A stretch of 64,000 nucleotides of DNA from Cetorhinus maximus (lineage: Eukaryota), in NCBI RefSeq assembly GCF_964194155.1, contig NC_135902.1, positions 52,328,001-52,392,000 on the forward strand, in the 5' to 3' direction. Made by a program: the position numbers and the translations under genes. This document shows, one piece after another, positions 35,056 to 48,795 of the stretch. The stretch's first letter is position 1, and each line of letters starts with the position of its first letter. Under the pieces are notes generated by a model. That model was not told where the DNA came from, ran no database searches, and saw only the letters and a program-made list of their open reading frames with translations.

Positions 35056-37008
35056 TTCTAATATTTTAAAAAACAAAGACATTTAAAATGGCTGAAACTG
35101 TGTCTGCCTGTGACCCCCTGAACAAAAGAAGCCACTTGGCAGTTTTAGGAAAACTCACGCGTCATTATCTCTGAGGAGCTTCAAATGACCCCCCTGAGAT
35201 ATTTAACAGTCATTGGAATCCAGAAGATGAAAACACATCCTTCACCAAAAATGGTGGTGAAGTGGGAGTCATGTGACATGGGCTTCCGGCTTGTGGAACA
35301 AGTAATATTGCCTTGCTGAAGTGAAAAGCGCAGTCTGCTGTATAATATCCTACTAGTAAGCCACACCGAAGGAGCTCTGGCCCAGGTTGGACACCTGGCT
35401 CCATCTACCCTACTTCTGCTGGAAGTCTGTATCATTGCCTACTGGACTGATTCATCTCTACATGCCCATCTGATCTTGTGAAGTCCACACCACCGGAAAG
35501 TGAATCGGTTTTCAACCCACAGACCTCATTGGACTTTAACTCTCGACTCTGGAACCCCACATGAAACAGTATTTCTTTTCTCTGTGGTCTCTGTACTGTA
35601 AATCTTTATTTTCTCCATCCCTCTCTTTACTATCTAAATGTGAGGGTGGGGAGGCGTTCAAACACACTTTTTTCACATTTTGTATGTGTGCAGATAAACT
35701 AACTGAGTTCATCCGATCTCGAGTTTGCTGTAGGGTTATAAATAGAAAATTGGACTGCACCAAAACCGAGGGGGTGGGAAATACGCCATTATTTATAGGA
35801 GGGAAACAAATTAGAACACCTTTCTGTTTACGGGTGTGGTGAGAGGAGAAATTAGAGCTGTTTAACTTAACCCTCCTCCTGCCCATAACAGAGGCCAAAG
35901 TTATAAACATATCTTGCTCTGAAGATAGATAGCTGTCAGTCACAATAGTTGACCACATAGGAACTGCTCAAGTGTGAATGGTGCTATATTAACTTGGTGT
36001 TCCTTTTCATACCAACCAGTCGAGGTTCCTACAACATAACTGACTTCATGAATGCAATGTACTGTGCCATAACATTAAATATACATTAAATAACACAAGG
36101 CACATTGGTGACTCATGCACCATCAATGTAACCAACATCAAAGGACAGGGAACCAGAGGTAACTCAATAGCAAGACACGGTGGCAGCAAGAACGCTAAGG
36201 GAGGTGTAACTGCACACTTCCTACTAAAAATAAGATTTCAATTTTTATGGTTGAACTAAATTAAGTTTTATCATTGGAAGCTTATTTTTCTGCCATACCC
36301 ATGATTGATCAATCAGTTTTTTTGGTCTACTGTGCAGAATTACAAGGTAATGCAGAATTTAAAAAACACTAATACCCCCCGATTGTTAAATAGTACAGAT
36401 TTGGGACACTAGATACCTTAAGTTAACCAATGGTCAGGTGGGGGAAGCTACAAACAGCCTAAATACCTCTGGGCTAGGGAGCAGATAATCAGCCAGGGTC
36501 CCAAATCCTGATGGTTATTCAGTAAAGCCCTCCTTCCCACAGAAGTGAATTTATGCAGAGGTTAGCTGAGAGGAGGATTAGACCAAACCCAGTATGGGTC
36601 AGTGCCTTCAGGAAAGAAAAGTGGAGAAAAACAAATGATACTGTACACACCTTAAATTAGCAGGAAACAACATCTACACACATTAGACCTAAACAATGAA
36701 AGGCATTTCCTTCCATCAGAATCTCAAAAGACAATGACAAATTAGCTTACAAAATGAACTGCACGTACTTATAGCCACTTGCACTGGAAATTCCTTCGCA
36801 GGAAGAGTGGGGGCAGGGGGAGAGTTTTTCCTCCTGATTGTCTATTGTGACTTTGACAAACACCAATTTTGTGTCTATCCAGGATTTCCACTGATCTGCT
36901 ACTAAAATGAAGGGAGTCGACTGAGAAAATCCTTGAACAAATTCCCAGTGTCAAAACTTCAGCTGTTTGGGGAAAAAAGGGTATTGTACCCAAAATAGAA
37001 GCACAAAC

Positions 37009-37148
37009 CTTAAAACCCAACTCCTGAGCACAAGCGTAAACTGCAGCCGTTTTCCCAACTCCAGGCGGTCCAGTAATTAGCACGGTATTGCACAAAAAGT
37101 CCTCATCCTCAGAACTCTCCATGTTAAAGTCACTATTGTCCCAAACAT
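37009..37148 (-). CDS. ATAD5: ATAD5 coding exon 13 (Walker A)
   Basis: LCNTVLITGPPGVGKTAAVYACAQELGFK|gtttgt. Confidence 0.97.
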
Positions 37149-38080
37149 CTGAGAATAGAGAGTTAAGAAGAACAAAACAGCTTAGAGATAAAAGCACAGA
37201 CACTGGATATATCAAAACATGACCAGCATCCAAAACAGAAAAATAGCAACTTTGGCTGCAACCGTTAAACTCTTAAATTAAAGCTAGATTTGCACAAAAT
37301 CAAAATCTTTTTAATTTAAAAGAGCCCTGTGTGTTAACATATTTCATCTTATCTATAATGCTATCATTTGAAACAGCAGGGGCTGAGAAACTACCACTGA
37401 ATTTGACAGGGTAAAGAAGCATAAAAGAGATTCAGTAAAACACCAAGATTAACAATGATTCTTTCATACTAAAGTCCAAGTCTAGTCCTAAAATAGCTTA
37501 CAATAGGAGCTTAAATTTACTTCATAAAAAATATTGATCAATTTAATAATATGAACCTTTTCAGAGAGCTCACTGGAGGTCTCCATGAAGAATGAACTCA
37601 AGGTTTCTATTTCCATGAATTGCTGAAATTGTGAAAACACTCAAAAGTAACTTGCATTTATAAAGTGACTTTCAGGATCTCAGGATTCCCCAAAGTGCTT
37701 TAAAGCCAATTAAGTATTTTAAGTGTAGTCACTGTTGCAATGTGGTAAACACAGCAGCCAATTTGCGCACAACAAGCTCCCACAAACAGTACTGTAATAA
37801 TGAGCAGCTAATCTGATGTAGGGATGTTGGTTGAGGGATAAATATTGGTCAGAACACTATTTTGTTACACTGAATCACAGCTTTAAAAACACACAAGTGC
37901 ATTCCATCATATTTTTATTTGAAAGCTGACAGGGAAAACACCAGTTTCTGTTGAGTGAAGCACACATCTCCAGCTCTTGTGACACACAGAGTGGAAATTA
38001 CACCCGAACATTTTGAGACACCACATTGAAATCAAGCTACAACATCACACAGAACAGCAAAGTTTAAGAATGCTGCATAC

Positions 38081-38166
38081 CCAGTTTCTTATCCTTTTCA
38101 GTCTTTCTTTCTTTCTGTTTTTTCTTTTCTTCCTGATCAGCCCTCTTCTTCCATTCCATTAACCAA
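38081..38166 (-). CDS. ATAD5: ATAD5 coding exon 12
   Basis: aacag|T TGG TTA ATG GAA TGG AAG (SWLMEWKKRADQEEK). Donor G|gtatgc. Confidence 0.93.
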
Positions 38167-38689
38167 CTGTTTTATTTCCAAAACACAAAAATATGCATTA
38201 AGTGCATAGGACGACTTGCATATTTGATTCAGACCTCTCCCACTCCCCATGAATACCACACTTCGTTTTCCCATCTAATTCACAGGGCTCTTTTTAAAAT
38301 TATTAACAATCTGATAGTTTGGTTTGTAAATGTCATTCCTGGTATGATTATGAGTATCGAAGACTGGAGAGGCTCATGGTTTAATCTCTGGTTTGTGTTG
38401 TAAGTTAATCGTCCAATTCTGGCCCCTTGAGCATCACCGATTTTTTTTGCTCTACCAGTGGTGGCCCTGTCTTCAGATGCCTAGTCCAAAGCTCTGGAAT
38501 TCCATTCTTAAATCTTTCCACCTCTCTCCTCCTCCTTTAAGAGAATCCTGAAAGCTTTGGTAACCTGTCCTACTATCTCATTATGTGGGTTAGTGTCAAA
38601 TTTTGTCTCATAACATTCTTGTGAAGCTTCTTGGAACATTTTGCTACATTTAAGGGGCTATATAAATGCAAGTTATTGTTAACTGAACA

Positions 38690-39790
38690 CAAGCACAAGA
38701 AATAGGTACAGAAGTAGACCATAGGGCCCAATGAGCCTGCCCTGCCATTCAGTACAATCATGGCTGATCTTAGGCTTCAACACTATTTCCCCACCCACTC
38801 CCCATATCCCTCAATTCCCCGAGTGACCAAAAATCTGTCTATCCCAGCCTTAAATGTTTTCAACAATGGAGCATCCACAAACTTCTGGGATAGAGAATTC
38901 CAAAGATTCACAAGTGAAGTGATGTAATTTCTCCTCATCCCAGTCCTAAATGATCGGCTCCTTATTCTGAGACTGTGCCGTGTTTTAGACTCACCGACCA
39001 CCGGAAACAATCTCTCAGCATCTACCCTACCAAGCCCCTTCAGAATTTTGTAGGGTTCATTGCGATCACCCCTCATTCTTCTAAACTGTAGGAGAATATA
39101 AGCCCAATTTACTCAGCCTCTCATCAAAGCAGAACCCCCTCATTCCAGGTAACAATTTAGTGAACCTTTTCTGTACCGTGTCCAATGTAAGTGTATCATT
39201 GCTTAAATGTGGAGACCAGAACTGCACAGAGTACTCCAGATGCAGTCTCCCTAAAATCCTGTTCAACTGTAGCAAGATTTCTTAATTCTTGTACTCCAAT
39301 CCCCTTGCAATCAAGGCCAGCATGGCATTTGCCTTCCTAATTGCTTGCTGCACCTGCATGCCGACTTTCTGCATTCCTTGTACAAGCACTCCCAAGTCTC
39401 TTTGAACTTATAAGTTTCACACCTTTTAAAAAATATTCTGCTTTTCTACTCTTACAACCAAAGTGAATAGCTTCACACATCCCTACATTATATTCTGTCT
39501 GCCATCTTTTTCCCCCGCACACTTAACCTGTCTATATCTCTGCAGCCTCTGTGTCCTCCCCACAGCTTACCTTCCCACCTAGCTTGTATCATCAGCAAAC
39601 TTTGATACATTACTCTGTTTCTTCATCCAAGTCATTAATGTAGATTGTAAATAGTTGAGGCTCCAGCACTGAACCCTGTGGCCCACTATTCACTGCCTGA
39701 CAACTCGAAAAAGCCCTGTTTATGCCCACTCTGTTTTTATACGTTAAACAATCCTCTATTCATGCTAAAATATTACCCCAAACCCCTCTA
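38690..39790 (-). mobile_element. CR1 LINE 3' fragment
   Basis: HLEYSVQFWSPHL, RMRGD, LWNSL and FADD remnants, plus the 3' UTR. Confidence 0.9.
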
Positions 39791-40635
39791 CCAGAGTCCA
39801 CTTACCAACCAATCTACACTCTCTTCTCAAGGGGTATAAATTGTTGTTCCCTTTACTGTTGGTTTATTTTGCATCTCTGTCGTAATGAGTGCAAGATAAA
39901 AAGCTTTGATAGCATGTCTCTTTTTTCAGCAACACTCAAGTTCTGTACTACCAAACGACTAATTCAACACTCCGTAGTTTGACACTCTCCAAGATTCAAA
40001 AGTAGCACACATTTGTGAAACTTTATGACAACTTCCAGGAGGCATAATCAATGTATAACTACAGTTATTCAGTAGTGGGTGAAAGTTGAGTATGGGTGTT
40101 GACCTTGAAGTTTTGTTTTGACAATTTACTAAGCCGCTTCAGGGTTTTTGGATGAAGGCAATGTGCAGATCAGTATATGTGGGAAGGGGGAGAAGATAGA
40201 AGAATTTTCAGCGTCAAGTGAACAATTACGTCTTCATATATAAATATGAGAAATGGGAAGGTATAATGCAACTGTCAATTATTGTTTAATTCTATTGACT
40301 TTCCAGAAAAGGTTTTTGAAGTCCAATCTGGTTGGGTCAGTGTTGCTGCATGGCAAAGGACATACTACTTGATGAGATCAGCACTAATTTTCAGTCCTCT
40401 ATACTGAATCTAACACTCCCATGCTGTCAAAATCTGAACCACTGTTACTGGGTACTGAAATAATTCTATCCCCACACCCAATTATTCCACAAATAGCTTT
40501 CTGAATCACACCAATCTGATGGACTATTGTAATTAGTGTTTTCTGAGGAAGGCCTTGGATCTTCTATTTTAGGGTAAATGAGTGAAGTCAATTTCAGACT
40601 GCCCAGTAAACACCTGTTACTTGCAAGGAAATTAC

Positions 40636-40732
40636 CTGCGTAATTTCCTGATAGCACTGAGATTTCCGACAAGTTCATTGGAGTGCTGTGGCTGGTATTT
40701 CTCTGTCCATAGAAGATCTTCCCTGATTGGGT
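40636..40732 (-). CDS. ATAD5: ATAD5 coding exon 11 (RFC box II)
   Basis: EDLLWTEKYQPQHSNELVGN; canonical splice sites. Confidence 0.96.
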
Positions 40733-41771
40733 CTGAAAATGAAAATTCAATTAGAATTTCAAATAAAGGAGAAAAAAAAACACCAAAGCTACTTAATGAA
40801 GGATATAGAGGGATAAGACTGCCCCCTTCCCCCTTTCTGGCATTAGAATTGCATGGAGATATTAACAGCACCATAACAGAAGGGACAAAGGTTGGTCAGC
40901 ATCTCCACAGCTGGCAACTGAGCCTACAGTTGTCTAGGCCCTACGCTTGGAAATTCTCTCCGTAAGCCTCTCCGCCTCTCTCTCCTTCCTTTAACTGGTC
41001 CTTAAAACTACCTCTTTGGCGAAGTGTTTGGTCACCTGTCCTTATGTCTCCATCTTAGGCAAAAATTGACACCAAGCCAGATTACATTCCTGTGAAATGG
41101 ATTGGGGCATTTTACTTTGTTAAAGGCACAATACAAATACAAGTTGTTGCTGTTATGTAATATGTCCTAAGTGCGGTTCTCTCATACACAATGAGCTCAT
41201 GATTGCACCTGGACTCCAGTTGGAAAAGCTGCTGAATAGAAAGAAAACTAGGAAGCCATGTCAACCTCATCACTTTCTTATATCTTGTGGCAACCAATTG
41301 AAGAACAGGAATTATAAAAACCTGGGTATAAGTTCTCTGCCTCTTTAGTCAGGGACTTTAACATAGAAGGATAAGGCTGCCTCCTCCCATCTTTCTCATA
41401 AAATAATACAATACCCAAGGCTGGTTCATTGGGTAAATGCACACATGGTGCTGAAGCACATGTGCAAAGGTTCTTTGCTCAAGAAAATTACTGACTGGGA
41501 CAATATTACAGCTTTACCTTGAATTAGTACTGTGAATTATCAAGCAAACATTAAATGTATATTTAATATACATTTTCAGAATTCAGCTTTAAAGATTTTA
41601 GTCTTTCTGAGCCTAGTTGACAACGGGTTTTATTGATAACTGTTAGGGAACAAAAATACAAAGGATAGGGAGCTCAAGGGACTGAAAAGCCTCACTCCTG
41701 TTCCCATGTACGTGGCAAACATAGATCTGACTAAAATTCAAAGGGCTACTCAGTAATGAAAATTAAATTAC

Positions 41772-42200
41772 CGTCAGAAGCAGCAGCTTCCTCCCTCTTT
41801 GGTTGGTCAGTTAATTTAGAAACCCGTGACGGAGCAGGCACATTCTGTGTTTCTGCTGCTCTGGTTTTACATTCCAACTCCTGCTGCTTTATCTTAATAG
41901 ATCGACTAAGGCGATTTTTGGAAGGAGCCACGCAATTCTGATTTTGGGCACCTTTGCTACTTCTCTTGGTAGATTTCTCAGATTGTGCAGACATCTCTGG
42001 AGTGTATTCTTCCACATCAATGATAATAACAGAGTCCTCATCACTGTCAAGTATTTTCCTCCTTTTTTGTTTCTGGTCCTGTCTTTCCTTCTTTCTCTTC
42101 CTTTTACCCAAAGTTTGTTGTGGACTGCTGCACAGAGATAATACTTGTTGGGGCTCACTATCAAGCACTATTACAGAACTGTCCGAATCATTAGAGGATC
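41772..42200 (-). CDS. ATAD5: ATAD5 coding exon 10
   Basis: tttacag|GA...G|gtaatt, 429 nt open, phase 1/1. Contains GKRKRKK and SVIIIDVEE. Confidence 0.88.
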
Positions 42201-42582
42201 CTGTAAATCAAAGGAAAAACACACACAAAGTTTGTAAACCAGCATAAATATGTCATGCATCCTACATAAAACTGAGGGCCCAGAACTCCTCACAAATACA
42301 CAAAGCAGATTGACTGAGGTATGGTGCTGTGACGGTACACAGGGACAGCAAAATCTTCTGTAATTCACCTGATGTTTTGAAATCAAACCTACTACCTTGT
42401 GCAATCATTTGGAAAAGGTCACTGACAAAGGTCATTGATGAGTGAACTGGTGGAAATGTTGTGCACTGTCGTCTTTTCCTGAACTCATTTATGGTGTTTA
42501 AGCTGGCCTAGGATAAACATCTTTGTTACTCTGTTACAACGAGCAGGCTAACCAGTAAAGCAGAACTTAGTAATAAGGGTAT

Positions 42583-42978
42583 AGGGTAGACAGTGTAGCT
42601 GTAATGTCGCTGAACTAGTAACCAGAGGCCCAGGCTAATAGTCTAGGGACTTGGGTTCAAATCCCACCATAACAGCTGGTGGAATTTAAATTCAATGAAT
42701 AAAATCTGGAATTATAAAGTGAATCTCAGTGATAGTGACCATGAAACAATAGATTGTCGTCAAAAACCCTCTGGTTCACTGATGTCCTTTAGGGGAGGAA
42801 ATCTGCCATCCTTACTTGATCTAGCCTAAATGTGACTCCAGATCCACAGCACTGTGGCTGACACTTAACTGCCCTCTGAGATGGTCCAGTAAGCCATTCA
42901 GTTCAAGGGCAATTAGGGATGGCAACAAATGCTGGCCTTGCCAATGACGCCCAAAATCCCATCAAAGAATAAAAAAAA
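42583..42978 (+). mobile_element. tRNA-derived SINE
   Basis: B-box GGTTCAAATCCC; tail GGGCAATTAGGGATGG...AAGAATAAAAAAAA. Confidence 0.85.
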
Positions 42979-43146
42979 CTGTTCAATCCAAATCTTCTTG
43001 TTGCTTGCCTAAATATTGGCTAGGTAAAGGCAAATTCCACAGCGTAGAGTTCACAGGGTTCATTTAGCAGAGTCATTGGTGACTCTGAACTTAAGAATAT
43101 AGAACATTAAAATCCCAAAACATGTGACCCTTTGCCAATCTCCTGG

Positions 43147-43930
43147 TTTTATTTTTTTATTCATTTATGGGATGTGGGCATCGCTGTTTAGACCAGTATT
43201 TATTGCCCATCCCTAAATGCCCTTGAAAAGGTGGTGGTGAGCTGCTGTCTTGAGCTGCTGCAGTCCATATGGTGTAGGTGGACCCACAGTGCTGTTAGGG
43301 AGAGAGTTCCAGGATTTTGACCCAGCGACAGTGAGGAACGGCGATATATTTCCAAGTCAGGATGGTATGTTGCTTGGAGAGGAACTTCCAGGTGGTGGTG
43401 TTCTCATGTATCCACTGCCCTTGTCCTTCTAGATGGTAGCAGACATGGGTTTGGAAGGCGAGTTCCTGTTGTGCATCTTGTAGATGGTACACATTGCTGC
43501 CACTGTGTCATTGGTGGAGGGAGTGAATGTTTATGGATGGGGTGCCAATCAAGTGGGCTGCTTTGTCCTTGATGGCATCAAGCTTCGAGTGTTGTTGGAG
43601 CTGCACTCATCCAAGCAAGTGGAGAGAATTCCATCACACTCCTAATTTGGGTCCTGTAGATGGGAGACAGGCTTTGGGAGTCAAGAGGCAAGTTACTCGC
43701 CACAGGATTCCTAGCCTCTGACCTGCTCTTGGAGCCAAAGTATTTATATGGCTAGTCCAGTTCAGTTTCTGGTCAATGGTAACCCACAGGATGTTGATAG
43801 TGGGGGATTCAGCGATGGTAATGCCATTGAACGTCAAGTGGTGATGATTAGATTCTATCTTGTTGGAGATGGTCATTGCCTGGCATTTGTGTGGCCACTT
43901 GTGAGCCCAAGCTTGGATATTGTCCAAGTT
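43147..43930 (-). mobile_element. LINE 3' fragment (CR1/L2-group); tail shared with the tRNA-SINE family
   Basis: RT C-terminal remnant LDNIQAWAHKW...INILWVTIDQKLNWTSHIN. Related fragments at 18405-18480, 20215-20480, 23320-23480, 44410-44478 and 63820-64000. Confidence 0.85.
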
Positions 43931-44023
43931 TAAACATAACTGTAATTCAAATAATTTAATAAACATAACATAATTTAACCATAACTGTGGACAAACACCA
44001 TCAAAAGATTTCGTATCACTGAC

Positions 44024-44174
44024 CTGCTTTGAGAGCCTCTGCAAGGTGTTCTTTTCGTTTCTGAAGTAATGGTTTGAAAAGTTTCCGTACAGGAAACTCT
44101 GGATTTGATGACTTTATCTCTTCAAGTAAGGACTTCTGGATGTCCTGAGAGAATTCTGTCCTCCAGTTAGATAA
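44024..44174 (-). CDS. ATAD5: ATAD5 coding exon 9
   Basis: gctgcag|TTA...G|gtcagt. LSNWRTEFSQDIQKSLLEEIKSSNPEFPVRKLF. Confidence 0.92.
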
Positions 44175-44947
44175 CTGCAGCAAAAAATTACAAACTTTAA
44201 AGCCGTCTGATTTCTCATACAATGAAAGACAAATTTTCAAAGGGGCCAATTTCCCACAAATTTTATGTACATTCTCTTCCTAATAAACAGCTCCAAAAGC
44301 AAAGTCAGTGCTATCATTTGGACTTTATTGAAGCTTCGTAGAAGATGTGTGAAATTTCCATGCAGCAACACTAAGGTTCTAGCCTTAATATGGTTCAACA
44401 AAGTTTTTAAAAATTCATTCACGGGATGTGGGCTTCGCTGGCTGGGCCAGCATTTATTGCCCGTCCCTAGTTGCCCCTTGTGACAACAGGTGTGAAACTT
44501 TAATTCTGTGTCTCCAAGAACTGTGGAAAAACACAGCAGTCATAGCAGAGCACATTTTATTCCTCCAGAATTGGGTTATACGAACAAGGAGCAGGAGTAG
44601 GCCATTTGACCCCTCCAGAGAGGGTATCCTGAGCTATATATCATGAAGGTGAAATTCTGATGGTAGATCCAACAAGGAGCTGAATTGAAAAATCAGAAAT
44701 GAGGCTTAGTGTGGTGCTTTAAGTATTAGCCTTCTCATGGTAAACTGGTGCAAATAAGTCCAGTGACAACACTGGGGGGCATTTCTAAACACATAACTGG
44801 AAATTTTACAATGTAATCCTATTTGCAACATTAAACTATCATTGTGTTAGAACTGAGTCATAAGGAAGTAGTTTTGTTAGCTGAAACAGCAATTCATACT
44901 TACACTTGCGTCTGAAACATATGAATGCAAATATCAATTACACATTT

Positions 44948-45092
44948 AAATAAAAGCAAAATACTGCGGACACTGGAACTGCAGATAGCAATTCTGAAGA
45001 AGAGTTATATTCAATGTGAAACATTGACTCTGTTTCTCCCTTCACAGATGCTGCCAGACCTGCTGAGTATTTCCAACACTTTGTTTTTATTA
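44948..45092. mobile_element. Internally deleted copy of the palindromic Penelope-like repeat
   Basis: AAAGCAAAATACTGCGGA...CTGAAGA...GAAAC...CACAGATGCTGCCAGACCTGCTGAG. Confidence 0.7.
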
Positions 45093-45850
45093 TTAATTAC
45101 ACATTGCTCAGTACAAGCCATCAGCATCAAATTTAGGGTTTTTCTCCAGATTCGCTATCGCCCTGAAATCCCAAACAGGATTGTGTTTCCAAATTGAAAG
45201 AAAGAACTAGGATTTATACAGCACCTTTCACAATCTCAGAATATCCCAAATGCTCACAACATTCTCACTATTGTAATGGCAGAAAACACTGCAGTCAATT
45301 TGGCAACACAGAAGCTGCTGAGGTTGTTGAAATTTCTTTAACTTTCATCTTTTTTCTTTAAGGGGAGGAAAGAACCTGTATTCACAGAGCACTTTCAATT
45401 CACAGAGCCTCATACAGCCAAAGTAGGAAACACAGCAACCAATTCGTACAAAGTAAGCTCCCAAAAAGACCAAGAGATAAATGATCAGATAATTTGTTTT
45501 TGGTGATGTTTGTTGAAGAATAAATATTTCCCAGAACATTAGGAGAACTCCCCTGCTCTTCTTCAAATAGTTCTGTGGGGTCTTTTACACCCACCCAAGA
45601 GTGCAGGTGGAATTTCGACCTTCTGACTCAAGAGATGAGTGTTATCACTGAACCAAAGCCGACACAAAGACAGGTATCCTGCACCCGGTCTCTGCTACTG
45701 TTGTTCTGAACCAGTGTACTCTGCTGGCTCATTCTCCAATCTTTCTCCATTCTAAACACACATTCTAAGCACGATCACAATTGAGCTCTGTAATAATTAA
45801 ACATCAATAGAACAAATTAAAATTAGAAAGGTACCACGAGAATCACTAAC

Positions 45851-46008
45851 CCCAGTCCAAGATGCAACAGTGGTGGTTGTGTATTTCACTTCAGAGAAAT
45901 CTCCAAGGGCAAGGGAAACTTTCAGAATTCTTTCTATTCCTTCACTCACATCCTGGAGGCGGTTTAGAATAGCAGAGTTGGGCCAAGCTAGGTTCCATAA
46001 CAATGAAA
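45851..46008 (-). CDS. ATAD5: ATAD5 coding exon 8
   Basis: tgtctag|TT...GGG|gttagt. LLWNLAWPNSAILNRL...LGDFS. Confidence 0.88.
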
Positions 46009-46600
46009 CTAGACAACAAAAACAAAACCATGTTCATTTACAGCAACTAGCTAGAATTAATTTATGAAATGGCGATGTGATGTGATGTGCTAAAGGACCA
46101 CATTAGAGAGCAAGTGTAGTAGCAAAATGACCAGAAGTACTCGAAATAGATTATACTACGGCCATGTTATAGCACAAGTAAAACTTTCCATTTGTACAGT
46201 CCTATCGCCACATCAACCAGCTAAACATATTGATCCATGCCAGTGCACAACATGGAAACATCAACACAAGTTTATCTTTGTCCATTTGCCCAACAGGACA
46301 GTTTTTGGTATGCGTAGAAATGATGTGGAAGGAGATCTGATCCTGAAAACTACTAGGACATTTCCTGTGGTGATGGTCATGGCAAGCTGAAGGATGTTAC
46401 CACATTTCTATTTTGACCATTTTTCCCATTGTGAGGATTTATTTTTAAAATGTGTTACTAAGTTGAAGCTTGCTTTAATTGGGTTGAATTCTCAGAACAG
46501 CCCCATGCTGGGGTGTGAATCAGAAACGAGGTGAAGCATTTAGCTAAATGAGTTCAAGCAAAGGAAGCCCGTTAAGAGTCTTCTTCATCACAAAGTCATT

Positions 46601-46708
46601 CAGAGTTCTGAAGAGTCATACAGACTTGAAACGTTAACTCTTGTTTCTCTCTCCACAGATGCTGCCAGACCTGCTGAGTTTTTCTAACATTGTGTGTTTT
46701 TATTTCAC
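46601..46708 (+). mobile_element. Single arm of Penelope-like repeat with hammerhead-like core
   Basis: AGAGTT CTGAAGA GTC..GAC TT GAAACGTT AACTCT followed by the family tail. Confidence 0.75.
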
Positions 46709-47237
46709 ATTTGCCCCTCAAGCCTATTCCACTGCCGTTCATGGTTGGTTTGAACACATCACCTGCCTTGGCTCCATATGCTTTGTTACCCTAGGCTAGC
46801 AAAAAAAATCTATAATAATGCTGCAGCATCTTTATTCTGCTTTCTTAAGCAAATGCAAGTTATGTCCATTAACCTGAGGGATAGATCATAATTCATTTTT
46901 GGTATGTTTCACCATATTGTGAAATAAAGCAGCTTAGGGGATTCCAGCCAAACCTCATTTCTACTATTGTTAGCTCAACCTACCTTCAAGAGAGATTGAA
47001 GAGTTACACGTGAAAGACATAACTAGTGGATCCAGATCACAAGGGAATGCAATTGTTATATCTGATTTATGCTACGTTGCAACTTTTATTTATAAAGCAC
47101 TCAAAATATAGAAAGAAGCATCCCAAGAGGCTTCACAGTGGTGTAATGAGACAAAAATGATATTTAGTCAGTGCCTAAGAACGAAGTCAAAAACGTGGGA
47201 TTTAAAGGAGGGGAAACTCCAGTCTGTGGGGCAGAGG

Positions 47238-47380
47238 CAAAATGTTGGATATGCTGGAAATCTGTAATAAAACAGAAAATGCTGGGAACACACAACAGGT
47301 CAGGCAGCATCTGTGGAGAGAAAGAGTTAACATTTCAGGTTGATATCCCACATCAGACCCATTTTCTGTTTTTATTCTGG
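47238..47380. mobile_element. Decayed copy of the Penelope-like repeat
   Basis: ATGCTGGAAATCTG...CAGGTCAGGCAGCATCTGTGGAGAG...GTTAACATTTCAGGT. Confidence 0.7.
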
Positions 47381-47860
47381 ACCATTGTTCTAGGTAACTG
47401 AAGGCACAGCCAACCAATGATATGGTGAAGGGAGGCAGGCAAATATCAGAGGTCAAACTTGAAAGAACAAAGTTCCAGGGAACTGTAGGAGGTTAAAGAG
47501 ATAGCAGGGTACGAGACACAAAATAACTTAAATGTAAGAGTGAGAATCTCAAATGGCTTTCTCTCAGAGGATTTCCTGACTTTGAGGGAGGGGTGGGGTC
47601 AGAGTGTCGGGGAGGAGGTTGGTTGATGCTATGTGTAGGATGTAGCGTATGGTGCTGCAATCGACTTTGATTGGCAAGCTGCTCCTTTCCTGTCCCTTCT
47701 CACATGTTTGGAATTTTTCAGATGCAAAGAAAGAATTTGTATCTTAAAAACCAAAGTCAAAATCCAAGTATAATATACAAATTAAGAAGCAACATCTCCC
47801 AACTCTGTTAAGTGAACACATCATAAACAGCATTAATGTTCCCAAACTTAAAATTCTCAC

Positions 47861-48042
47861 CTTGACTTTTTTGCTGGACATGAACAACAGTTTGGAAAGC
47901 AGCACTTGCAGCAGAGTAGATCTCCATCACTGCTGCCGTCTTTGCTATGTGTTTTTTCAACGTATCTGGTAATCCACTCATGAGAAACTGACGCTTAGCT
48001 TTAAATTGTTCATCATCCTGAGAGTTTTCTGAACCATTACAA
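47861..48042 (-). CDS. ATAD5: ATAD5 coding exon 7
   Basis: SENSQDDEQFKAKRQFLMSGLPDTLKKHIAK...FQTVVHVQQK. Donor G|gtgaga. Confidence 0.95.
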
Positions 48043-48431
48043 CTTTGTAAAACAAACAAACAGTCATATTATATTTCTTGACCACATTTCCGATATAAAC
48101 AGTGCTCCTTCCAGCCATCAAAGCTTTTTTTCTGTCTCACTGTTACAACATACAAGTTTTGGTTATATACAGGGACAGGGTAGCCACTGAGCAGGCACAG
48201 TGAAATCTGGTGCCTTCAACAGTCTGGTAAACAATCTCTCAAATCAGAAGCTGCTATAATAGCTGTTAGTATTTATACAAGAACAATATTCATCCCACTG
48301 AGGTGGATTCACCATTCTATTAGATGATGGGGTACCTTAATCTACCTGCATTGGTTCTGTAATTCTTAATACCCTTTCCTAACAAAAATCTCAGTTTTTA
48401 AATTTTCAATTTATCCCATGACAACTTCTGT

Positions 48432-48795
48432 AGGGAGAAGGTGGTGTAGTGGCAATGTCACTAGACTAGTAATTCAGAGACCCAGGCTAATGCTCTAGGG
48501 ACATGGGTTCGAATCCCACCATAGCAGCTAGTGGAATTTAAATCTTGAATTATAAAGCTAGTAATGGTACCGTGAAACTATAAATCGTTGTTAAAAACCC
48601 ATCTGGTTCACTAATGTCCTTTAGGGAAGGAAATCTTACCTGGTCTGGCCTACATGTGACTCCAGCCCCACAGCAATGTGGTTGACTCTTAACTGTTCTC
48701 TGAAATGGGGCAACTCGGTTCAAGGGCAATTGGAGATGGGCAACAAATGCTGGCCTTGCCAGCGATGTCTACACCCCTTGAATGAAGAAAGAATT
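48432..48795 (+). mobile_element. tRNA-derived SINE
   Basis: A-box TGGTGTAGTGG, B-box GGTTCGAATCCC. Confidence 0.88.

Noticed and set aside
35100-36200. ORFs 35181-35435 and 35536-35958 in ATAD5 intron 13
   Set aside because: No recognisable domain, and exons 13 and 14 join in frame without them.
48440-48525. tRNA gene (A and B boxes)
   Set aside because: It is the head of a multi-copy SINE and I could not fold a convincing cloverleaf.
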